From contig CADCMP010000001.1 of NCBI GenBank assembly GCA_902802565.1, forward strand, positions 711-64,710: a stretch of DNA of 64,000 nt, read 5' to 3'. Positions 8,742 through 16,210 of this stretch are shown here, in pieces. Numbering within the stretch: the first letter of the stretch is position 1; the number at the start of each line of letters is the position of its first letter. The position numbers were made by a program, and so were the translations under genes. The notes under the pieces were generated by a model. It did no database searches. It was given only the letters and a program-made list of their open reading frames with translations, and was not told the DNA's origin. Origin of the DNA: Oscillospiraceae bacterium. GTDB lineage: Bacteria > Bacillota > Clostridia > Oscillospirales > Oscillospiraceae.

Positions 8742-8770
8742 AGAATAATAATGAAGGAAGGAACGGAGAT

Positions 8771-9775
8771 ATGCTGAAAGTTGGTACAATAAACTGCAGA
8801 GAAACGGATGTCACAGATGAAAATACCGCCATCGGCTGCGGAAGCGGAGGTCTTCCCGTCTACAGCACGCCAAGCATGGTGGAGCTGATGGAAACGACAT
8901 GCTATGAGAGCGTTCTGGACGACCTGGAAGAAGGTCAGGGAACTGTAGGCATCAGTCTGAATATACAGCATGTATCAGCAGTCCCGGTGGGCCTGACGGT
9001 GACATGCCGTTCGGAACTTGTGGAAATAGAAGGCAGAAAGCTGACGTTTCAGGTGGAAGTGACAGATGAGACCGGAATCGTAGGAACTGGTACCCATGAG
9101 CGGTTTATTATCGACAATGAAAGATTTATGGATAAGACAAATTCCAAGCGGAACCGGATCACGGAGATGGGGAATCCCTCCAAACCGCAGGGTGCTGCCG
9201 GCAAACAGATGCTGAAACGGATGAATCGTTCCCATTACGAGCTTACAGGATGGGGGCTGGATTATCTCAAGTTTGCCCCCGGGGATCACATTCTTGATGT
9301 CGGATGCGGAGGTGGACAGACCCTGTACCGTCTGGCGGAATCATATCCGGAAACCACTTTGGCGGGAATCGATTACTCCGACGTCTCCGTGGAACTGAGC
9401 CGTGAGACAAACGAGAGATTTATTTCCGTTGGTCGTACCTCCATCCAAAAGGCATCTGTGGATGAACTTCCTTTTAATGATGATGTCTTCGACAAAGTAA
9501 TCACGGTGGAATCCTTCTATTTCTGGCCGGATCACGATAAAGGTCTGAAGGAGATCCTGCGTGTGCTGAAACCGGGAGGAAAACTTCTGATTATCTGTGA
9601 AGTATACGGGGATGCACCCCTGTCACCGCGGGAAAGGGAGAACATTCAGAAATATACGATGTTTAATCCCACCAGAGCGGAGTACCGGGAACTGATGAAG
9701 CGAAACGGATTTCGTGAAGTGGACATTCATGTTCGGGAGAATGAGAAGTGTATCTGTGTCATAGGTACAAAGTGA
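8771..9775 (+). CDS. Hotdog-fold thioesterase (FlK-like) fused to a class I SAM-dependent methyltransferase
   Basis: N-terminal TAIGCGSGGLPVYSTPSMVELME...GTGTHERFII matches the FlK-type thioesterase pattern. C-terminal ILDVGCGGGQT and VLKPGGKLLI are methyltransferase motifs I and post-I. The ATG at 8771 has an upstream GGAAGGAACGGAG. Confidence 0.7.
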   Translation: MLKVGTINCRETDVTDENTAIGCGSGGLPVYSTPSMVELMETTCYESVLDDLEEGQGTVGISLNIQHVSAVPVGLTVTCRSELVEIEGRKLTFQVEVTDETGIVGTGTHERFIIDNERFMDKTNSKRNRITEMGNPSKPQGAAGKQMLKRMNRSHYELTGWGLDYLKFAPGDHILDVGCGGGQTLYRLAESYPETTLAGIDYSDVSVELSRETNERFISVGRTSIQKASVDELPFNDDVFDKVITVESFYFWPDHDKGLKEILRVLKPGGKLLIICEVYGDAPLSPRERENIQKYTMFNPTRAEYRELMKRNGFREVDIHVRENEKCICVIGTK

Positions 9776-9914
9776 CCGCTCCAAAGGTTCTTAAAAAATT
9801 GTGAATAGTTGTTCCAATGGGATGAATTTTTAGAATCCTGGTTGTACAATAGAGCGCAGAGTACGCACCGGATCGGATAGATCCGGCGAAGATATTGAAA
9901 GCGGGGAATTAACT

Positions 9915-10526
9915 TTGAGCAACAAAAATGAAAAAAAGAGTAATGTTTGGCTGTGGATTCTGGCAGTGCTGGTCCTGATTGCTCTGGTAGTGGTACTGAT
10001 CCTCCATCCGTGGAACCGATCCGAAGGAGATGCGGCGGATACTCCGGCCGTTACTGCTACGGCGGCCCCGGCGGAAACAGGAACCGTGGAGAGCAACAGC
10101 TCTCTCGGTGAAGCCGATCAGGCGGCAGCAGAGGCGGCTACCGGTGAGCAGCAGAGTACAACGATTGAAGACAAGTCAGGCCTGATTGAATCAATCCGCG
10201 TGCAGGATACGCTGGATACGGAAGGTGGAAAAGAAGTTGTCTATTCCATCCATCTCAATGGCAATGCGTCCTGGGGCACCGATTCCGAGGCGGACAAACA
10301 GACTGCGCTGAAGGTCATCAAAGAAGCAGTGGATAAAAGCCGTGCTGACGGATATACGGCATGCGATCTATATGTCTACCAGGCCAATAACTGCATGGCT
10401 TTTTTGTGGATGGAGTTTAATCCGCAGTATATCTCGCTCTTTGATGCGCAGGGAAATGCCGGCGATACTGTAGTGTTGACGGAAGAGCAGGTCAAGGCAC
10501 TTGGTGCGACGATTCCGGAGTTCTAA
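9915..10526 (+). CDS. Membrane-anchored extracytoplasmic protein, unknown function
   Basis: TTG start after GGGGA. N-terminal anchor VWLWILAVLVLIALVVVLIL followed by a low-complexity Ala/Thr linker and a globular domain. Confidence 0.55.
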   Translation: MSNKNEKKSNVWLWILAVLVLIALVVVLILHPWNRSEGDAADTPAVTATAAPAETGTVESNSSLGEADQAAAEAATGEQQSTTIEDKSGLIESIRVQDTLDTEGGKEVVYSIHLNGNASWGTDSEADKQTALKVIKEAVDKSRADGYTACDLYVYQANNCMAFLWMEFNPQYISLFDAQGNAGDTVVLTEEQVKALGATIPEF

Positions 10527-10548
10527 TACATCATGAATAATGAAAAAA

Positions 10549-10583
10549 GAATCTGAAGCGAACTGTCTTCGGATTCTTTTTTT
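10549..10583 (+). terminator. Rho-independent terminator
   Basis: Stem GAATCTGAAG/CTTCGGATTC (one G-U pair) followed by T7. Confidence 0.7.
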
Positions 10584-10635
10584 GTGTTTTGCGGGACGAA
10601 TAGTGTATACTGATACAACAAGGGAGATGATCAAT

Positions 10636-11808
10636 ATGGCTGATATGACACTATATGAAGATCGGAACTATTATTATATCCGGATCAAGGATTACGATAA
10701 AATGGATGCCGATGCTCAGGTCACGATCCCGTTTGATGAAGAGCTCTCAGTTTTGGTGGGGCTGTTGGAAGAAGATGAGTCTCATCGGATCCACTATATT
10801 GGAGCAAATCTTTCCAAGGAAGGTTTTACGTCAGAGGAAGCGGAAAACTTTATCGAAGCCTATGATTTTCGATTCTTTACCAAAGAGGAAGAAGATATCA
10901 TCGTCCCACCTATCGAAGCATGTGTGGAGCTCTCTGCCGATTATGATATGGAAGGGTATCTGATCATGCTGATTCAGCTGGAGCCGCCCTGCGCTTCGAT
11001 CCGGGATCAGCTCATCGCCATGCAGGACCTCATGGACGAGGAAGAACTGATGATGGAGATGGAGGATGATTTTCCATTTGAACTTCCGTACAAGATACCG
11101 GAGGTGGAATACGATCTGCCGGAGAACCGGGATAAATCTCTGCTGGAGATCTTTTTGGATTTTGCCGATGAATCCGCATCTCCCGAGCAGGTCATCGAGG
11201 CCCTGAAAGTATTGGAACCGCATGCGCAGGAAGACGGGAAAAGCCCTGATCTTCCCAAATACATGGAGGAATATGCAGAGTTCTATGAATTCTTCATGGA
11301 CTGTTTCAGCGAGACTGAGGAACTGATTCCGATGATGGAGGAGATCTGGGGAGAGGCGCCGCTTGTGCTGCAGATCGGATCATATATGTATGAACGATCC
11401 TGTATCGAGAGCAGCCTCCAGCAGGAGAAATACCTGGGAGAAAAGGAAAAGGAAAGTCTGGAAAAGCTGCTGGATTATATCCGGCAGAGAGACACGTTCC
11501 GTGAGATCACCGTCTATCTTGAAAACTCGGAGGTCTATTCCATGGCCATCGAAGGTGGAATGGCAGAGGAGGATCTGGAAGAGAGGATGACATTCCTCAA
11601 AGCATATTTCATTGAACTTCTGCTGGGGATCGGAGTCCTTCTAGTGGAGTTCTATGACGATCAGATAGAAAAGGTCATCGTCAACGGCTTTTTCTGCAAT
11701 AACGGGAAGATTAAAAAGATGGGGCCTTCCGATCTGATGGAGGCTCTGGATCTGCAGACCGGCTGGGAGGATCGTTTCCAGCTGCAGATCGCATTTCTGG
11801 ATATTTAA
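10636..11808 (+). CDS. Highly acidic cytoplasmic protein, no recognisable domain
   Basis: 390 aa. ATG at 10636 preceded by AGGGAG. Long Glu/Asp runs (EEDESH, DEEELMMEMEDD, EEDLEE). Confidence 0.6.
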   Translation: MADMTLYEDRNYYYIRIKDYDKMDADAQVTIPFDEELSVLVGLLEEDESHRIHYIGANLSKEGFTSEEAENFIEAYDFRFFTKEEEDIIVPPIEACVELSADYDMEGYLIMLIQLEPPCASIRDQLIAMQDLMDEEELMMEMEDDFPFELPYKIPEVEYDLPENRDKSLLEIFLDFADESASPEQVIEALKVLEPHAQEDGKSPDLPKYMEEYAEFYEFFMDCFSETEELIPMMEEIWGEAPLVLQIGSYMYERSCIESSLQQEKYLGEKEKESLEKLLDYIRQRDTFREITVYLENSEVYSMAIEGGMAEEDLEERMTFLKAYFIELLLGIGVLLVEFYDDQIEKVIVNGFFCNNGKIKKMGPSDLMEALDLQTGWEDRFQLQIAFLDI

Positions 11809-11828
11809 AGATCAGGAGGGATAGGAAC

Positions 11829-12206
11829 ATGACAGAGGAGATTCTGAAAGCGGCAGCAAAGGAACACGGACACGAATGTCCCGGTTTGGCACTGGGGTTG
11901 CGAGTATCTGAAATCGCAAGTGAAGTATTCGGATGGGAAAAAATACCGGAGGATCTAACGGTTACGGCAGACCGGCCGGCATGCTATGTGGACGGGATCC
12001 GGTTTATGACCGGATGCTCTCCGGCGAACGGACGAATTTCATTCCGCAATGACGGCAGATGGGCCTTTGTGTTTTCCAGCAGCGGACGAAAAATATCCGT
12101 TGAACTGAAGAGCCGGCCGAATTTCGCTGCCGGCAGAGAAGCAATGATGGAAAGCGTCCTGTTCGGAGACCGGGATGAGCTGTTCAATATCAGCGATCTT
12201 GTGTGA
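11829..12206 (+). CDS. FmdE-family domain protein
   Basis: 125 aa with the HGHECPGLALG motif typical of FmdE-like proteins. Strong RBS CAGGAGGG. Confidence 0.7.
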   Translation: MTEEILKAAAKEHGHECPGLALGLRVSEIASEVFGWEKIPEDLTVTADRPACYVDGIRFMTGCSPANGRISFRNDGRWAFVFSSSGRKISVELKSRPNFAAGREAMMESVLFGDRDELFNISDLV

Positions 12207-12230
12207 CAAAAAGATAATGCTTTTGAAAAA

Positions 12231-12259
12231 AGATGCTCCCGAATAAGGGGGCATCTTTT
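12231..12259 (+). terminator. Rho-independent terminator
   Basis: AGATGCTCCC/GGGGGCATCT stem followed by TTT. Confidence 0.6.
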
Positions 12260-12276
12260 CCGGCGAGGGTTTAATT

Positions 12277-12942
12277 ATGTGGTATGGAAAGACAGAGGAA
12301 GCACGTTTTATCGACCGGCCGAACCGGTTTGTTGCCCATGTGGAGAAAAACGGGAAGATCGAGACGGTGCATGTGGTTAACACGGGACGCTGCAGGGAAC
12401 TGCTGATTCCCGGAGCGCGGGTGATCCTGCACCGACCTGGGACACCTGGGAGAAAAACGGATTATGATCTCATCGCGGTATATAAGAACGATGAAATGCT
12501 CATTAATATGGACAGCATGGCCCCGAACAGAGCAGTCCGGGAATGGCTGGAAGAACAGAACTGTGAGGAGATCCATCCGGAATATACCTATGGAGAGTCC
12601 AGACTGGATTTTATGACGGTGGAAAAGGGGAAGAAAACTCTGCTGGAAGTGAAAGGATGTACGCTGGAAGTAAACGGAATCGGCTATTTTCCGGATGCTC
12701 CCACTGTTCGGGGAGTAAAGCATCTCCACGAGCTGATCCGTGCCAGACGGGAAGGATGGAATGCAGCCGTAGGATTTGTGATCCAAATGGAAGGAATAAG
12801 AAATGTCCTGCCAAACCGGCAAACCCATCCGGAGTTTGCCGAGGCGATGACTCTTGCCAGACAGGAAGGGGTGGAGATCCGGGGATACCTGTGCAGGATC
12901 CGGCCGGACGAAGTGAAAATCATCGAACAGACAGTTTTATAA
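12277..12942 (+). CDS. sfsA: Sugar fermentation stimulation protein A (SfsA family nuclease-like DNA-binding protein)
   Basis: N-terminus FIDRPNRFVAHVEKNGKIETVHVVNTGRCRELL and overall length match the SfsA family. Confidence 0.85.
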   Translation: MWYGKTEEARFIDRPNRFVAHVEKNGKIETVHVVNTGRCRELLIPGARVILHRPGTPGRKTDYDLIAVYKNDEMLINMDSMAPNRAVREWLEEQNCEEIHPEYTYGESRLDFMTVEKGKKTLLEVKGCTLEVNGIGYFPDAPTVRGVKHLHELIRARREGWNAAVGFVIQMEGIRNVLPNRQTHPEFAEAMTLARQEGVEIRGYLCRIRPDEVKIIEQTVL

Positions 12943-12945
12943 TAA

Positions 12946-12985
12946 CAAAAAAACGGGAGGCCTTGAGACCTCCCGTTTGGTTTTT
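12946..12985. terminator. Bidirectional terminator between convergent genes
   Basis: CGGGAGG/CCTCCCG stem flanked by an A-run and a T-run. Confidence 0.75.
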
Positions 12986-12994
12986 ATACAGAAA

Positions 12995-14533
12995 TTACTG
13001 ACAATAGGCGGCCAGCAACACCGCCATTTGTGCCCGCGTTACCGGCTCGTTAGGACGGAACGTACCGTCTTCAAAACCGCCGACGACCTGGCTGTTCTGT
13101 GCCCAGAGTACGGCATCGGCAAATTCCGGAGCAATCGTCCGGTTGTCCCGGAAGGACAATTTGCCGGATACAGCCGGAGATCCGGCTGCACGATAGAGCA
13201 TCAGGACCATCTGTGCCCGTGTCACCGGAGTGTTGGGATCGAACCGGTCTGCAGATACACCGCCTGCGACACCGGCGCTGTATGCCCACCGTACGGCAGG
13301 ATAGAACCAGTTATCTTCATTGACATCCGCAAAAGGCTCGGAACCGGCGGCAGAAGGTCGTCCGGCAAGACTGTAAAGGACGGTGGCAACCTGTGCTCGC
13401 GTTGCCTTGGACTGCGGCTCAAAGAGACTCTTGGAGCTTCCGACCATCAGTTGATTGTTATATGCATATCGGACTCCATCATAATACCATTCCCGTGCGG
13501 GGACATCGCCGAAGGGGAGCTCACTGTGCTTGATCCCCGGGATCACCTGAAGAATCTTGTTGGCCATATAGGCATGTCCTTCCAGAGAAGGATGAACACG
13601 AATGATGGAGGTGGTGATGAATTTATTCAGATCACCGCCGAGCAGCGGCTCGAACTGCGGGCATTCCGCACCCATGACATCTGCATAGATGTAAGTGCCC
13701 TGATGAGGAACACCGTACTGGATATAAGCGTTGATGGAACGGAAGACTCCGTCAAAAACGCGGCCCAGTTCGACAACGGACTGATCTGTCAGTTTTACAT
13801 TGTATGCGTTGTTGAGGAGCCCCACTGCCACCAATGTGACATCTGGGTTGTTCTCATAAATGTAGTTGACGATGTAGCGGTAGTTTTCCAGGAACATGGT
13901 ATATGCATCCTGGATCCCGGTAATCAGGTTGCTGATCAGGGTATCCAGCATACCGGCAGCATCGGCAATGGAAATAATCTCATCGAGAGATTCGGCATCG
14001 CCATCGAGATTGCGGGTAATCACATTGTCATCAAACTCATCCGACGGAGTCAGTGCGGAAAGATTCAGACCGGACACTGCCATTCGAAGAGGATAGGAGA
14101 ACAGATCGTTGGATCCGATGTTCAGCGTAATGATGTCCGCATTCTTGATGGCCTCTTTGAAAACAGGGCGCATCTGCGAACGAAGAGGCTCCACCAGAGG
14201 GACCTGACTGCCACGGAACAGATCCTCGTCCCCCTCGTAATCATCATCCAGCATCCAACGGATCTCATTGGTACGGAATCCGCAGTATGCCAGAGGAGTG
14301 AATTCTGCACCAAGAGCATCCGCTACCAAAGTCGGATAGATGCCTTCAATCCTTGTAAAACCGCGCATCGTCTGCTGCGGGAATTCGCCTCGTCCTGCAG
14401 GAATGCTGTCACCGAGAGATACATAGGAATGATACGGTGCGGAAACAGTGTCTGCCAGTGCCCCGGCGGGAAGCAATCCTGCCAGGAGGCAAACGGACAT
14501 CAGTGCACATAGAAAGATACGACAGAGTCTCAT
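12995..14533 (-). CDS. Secreted SGNH/GDSL hydrolase with three C-terminal SLH (S-layer homology) domains
   Basis: Signal peptide MRLCRIFLCALMSVCLLAGLLPAGALA, GDS block VSLGDSIPAG, C-terminal repeats of the type FADV..DNWFYPAVRWAY...VTRAQ. Start at 14533 preceded by AAGGGG. Confidence 0.85.
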   Translation of the reverse strand: MRLCRIFLCALMSVCLLAGLLPAGALADTVSAPYHSYVSLGDSIPAGRGEFPQQTMRGFTRIEGIYPTLVADALGAEFTPLAYCGFRTNEIRWMLDDDYEGDEDLFRGSQVPLVEPLRSQMRPVFKEAIKNADIITLNIGSNDLFSYPLRMAVSGLNLSALTPSDEFDDNVITRNLDGDAESLDEIISIADAAGMLDTLISNLITGIQDAYTMFLENYRYIVNYIYENNPDVTLVAVGLLNNAYNVKLTDQSVVELGRVFDGVFRSINAYIQYGVPHQGTYIYADVMGAECPQFEPLLGGDLNKFITTSIIRVHPSLEGHAYMANKILQVIPGIKHSELPFGDVPAREWYYDGVRYAYNNQLMVGSSKSLFEPQSKATRAQVATVLYSLAGRPSAAGSEPFADVNEDNWFYPAVRWAYSAGVAGGVSADRFDPNTPVTRAQMVLMLYRAAGSPAVSGKLSFRDNRTIAPEFADAVLWAQNSQVVGGFEDGTFRPNEPVTRAQMAVLLAAYCQ

Positions 14534-14602
14534 TTGGCTACCCCTTTTGTAGTTGAATTCTTTGAAGTAAAGTATACCATGCTTCCGATGACAAACACAA
14601 AT

Positions 14603-14628
14603 AAAAAATCCCGATCCGAAGATCGGGA
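14603..14628 (-). terminator. Rho-independent terminator for the 14639-15037 gene
   Basis: TCCCGATC/GATCGGGA stem followed by T6 on the minus strand. Confidence 0.7.
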
Positions 14629-14638
14629 ACACGGGGAT

Positions 14639-15037
14639 TCAGCATGCAGCTGCGGAAAGGGGAAACAGATCGATCTCCTCATTGGAGTCCGCGCCGGGAA
14701 GAAAAGGGAGATTGCATGCCCACCGGTATAGTTCGAAAGCACAGAATATACTGTCTTTGCTGTTGGTGCTGTCCTCCTTTGCCAGAGGATTGACATGCAG
14801 GACATTCTGCTGAAATGTCCAGACAGAAGAGGGGATACGTGGCAGCTCGGTTCCTTCGGGAAAAGTAATGCATGGACCGAAGACCGGATGAAGATTGCTG
14901 TCCACAGTGCGATATCCCTTCAGATTCAGTTCTCTGACGGCAGGGGCAAGAGAATCATATACCTCAAAAAAAGTGCCGGGAACCAGACCGCGGGCGGAAT
15001 CACAGATCTTATAGTTATCGGTTCGAATGTACAGCAT
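14639..15037 (-). CDS. Hypothetical protein (132 aa), divergent from the S24 repressor
   Basis: ATG at 15037 preceded by AGAGGAG. No recognisable domain. The track begins at an upstream TTG. Confidence 0.55.
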   Translation of the reverse strand: MLYIRTDNYKICDSARGLVPGTFFEVYDSLAPAVRELNLKGYRTVDSNLHPVFGPCITFPEGTELPRIPSSVWTFQQNVLHVNPLAKEDSTNSKDSIFCAFELYRWACNLPFLPGADSNEEIDLFPLSAAAC

Positions 15038-15137
15038 GGGTCGTGACACTCCTCTCTTCAAAGTTGCTTACATCATTTAAAACTATATAAAGAACTACAA
15101 GGGATAAAATGACCAGCAGAGATTTAATAAAAAACAT
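15015..15137 (-). CDS. Candidate 40-aa single-pass membrane peptide (unannotated sORF)
   Basis: ATG at 15137 lies 9 nt after GGAG. Peptide is MFFIKSLLVILSLVVLYIVLNDVSNFEERSVTTHAVHSNR. Its 3' end overlaps the start and RBS of the 132-aa ORF in another frame. Confidence 0.35.
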   Translation of the reverse strand: MFFIKSLLVILSLVVLYIVLNDVSNFEERSVTTHAVHSNR

Positions 15138-15163
15138 GATAAAACACTCCTTGAAGAATTGTA

Positions 15164-15213
15164 TTGACAATAATAGTTGTTTATAGTAAATTAAAAACAC
15201 AACAAAAGTTGTG
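15164..15213 (+). promoter_or_regulatory. Promoter with two ACAAC-N4-GTTGT-type operator sites
   Basis: TTGACA (15164-15169), 17 nt spacer, TAAATT (15187-15192). Imperfect site GACAATAATAGTTGTT at 15166-15181 and perfect palindrome CACAACAAAAGTTGTG at 15198-15213. Confidence 0.5.
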
Positions 15214-15275
15214 ATTGAAATATATCACACCACTTTTTCCAAGTCAATACCAAAATGGCCGTTTGGGAGAAAATT

Positions 15276-16055
15276 ATGTTAACCAGTACCTTTTTTTGTA
15301 CAGCTTTAAAGGAACTTCGAAAAAGCCGGAATATGAGTCAGCAGTCTCTGGGAGATGTTCTCGGCGTTTCCGCCAATACCGTCCGAGCATGGGAACAGGG
15401 GATCAAAAAACCGTCCATGGATGCTCTGATGGCGCTGGGTGATGCCTTTCATATCTCGCTGGACGCGCTGGTGGGAAGAGATGCGGCATCCGGTACAGAG
15501 GATGTCAGGGTATGGAAGCTGGCAGAGCGGTATCGTGAACTGGATCGCTTTGGAAAGACTGCGGTAGATGAGATCTGCCGGGTGGAATGGGAACGGGTTC
15601 GGAACCAGCAGCAGGCGAAGATCGTTTCGCTGGAAAGACCTTCCCGCATGCTTCCGGTCTATGACATGCCCTCCGCTGCAGGTGTCAATGTTCCCATGGA
15701 TAATGATCAATATGAGATGACGGAAGTGGGAGAGGATGTTCCCGCACGTGCGCAATTTGGTGTTCGAATTCAGGGCGAGAGTATGATGCCTTATATCGGA
15801 GACGGAGAGATCGTCTATGTGGATCCCAGTGCAACACTCCGCAAGGGAGATGTGGGAATCTTTGCGGTGGACGGTGCCGTCTACTGCAAGATCTATTATG
15901 TGGATAACGATGGGAACCTTACGCTGGTCTCCGCCAATCCGGAGCTCCAGGAAGCAAATATTTACGTAGATCAAAGCAGCGGGCAGGAAGTCCATACATT
16001 CGGTAAAGTGCTGGGGCACTCTGAAGTTCGCATCCCGGATACTTTTCCCGGCTGA
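15276..16055 (+). CDS. XRE-family HTH fused to an S24 LexA/CI-like autopeptidase (SOS-type repressor, HdiR-like)
   Basis: HTH_3 segment LRKSRNMSQQSLGDVLGVSANTVRAWEQG. Ala-Gly cleavage context SAAGVN. GESM serine and YCKIYY lysine of the S24 dyad. ATG at 15276 lies 6 nt after GGGAG. Confidence 0.85.
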   Translation: MLTSTFFCTALKELRKSRNMSQQSLGDVLGVSANTVRAWEQGIKKPSMDALMALGDAFHISLDALVGRDAASGTEDVRVWKLAERYRELDRFGKTAVDEICRVEWERVRNQQQAKIVSLERPSRMLPVYDMPSAAGVNVPMDNDQYEMTEVGEDVPARAQFGVRIQGESMMPYIGDGEIVYVDPSATLRKGDVGIFAVDGAVYCKIYYVDNDGNLTLVSANPELQEANIYVDQSSGQEVHTFGKVLGHSEVRIPDTFPG

Positions 16056-16062
16056 AAAATGA

Positions 16063-16115
16063 ATAATAATAAGAACCTTTCGTCCCGGAGAAGAAGTTTT
16101 CTGGGACGGAGGGTT
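16063..16115 (+). terminator. Probable Rho-independent terminator
   Basis: Imperfect long stem GAACCTTTCGTCCC...GGGACGGAGGGTTC followed by TATCTTTTT. Confidence 0.55.
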
Positions 16116-16210
16116 CTATCTTTTTCTGTCTGGAAAAAGCGGTGGAATCAGAAAGAGAAAACCAGTATAATGGGAAAAGAATCCGAAAATTACAGGATGA
16201 GGAATGTATC

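Noticed and set aside
12977-14512. 511-aa plus-strand ORF opposite the SGNH-SLH gene.
   Set aside because: It is an antisense shadow ORF. The minus-strand product has a signal peptide, a GDS motif and three SLH repeats, whereas this translation has none.
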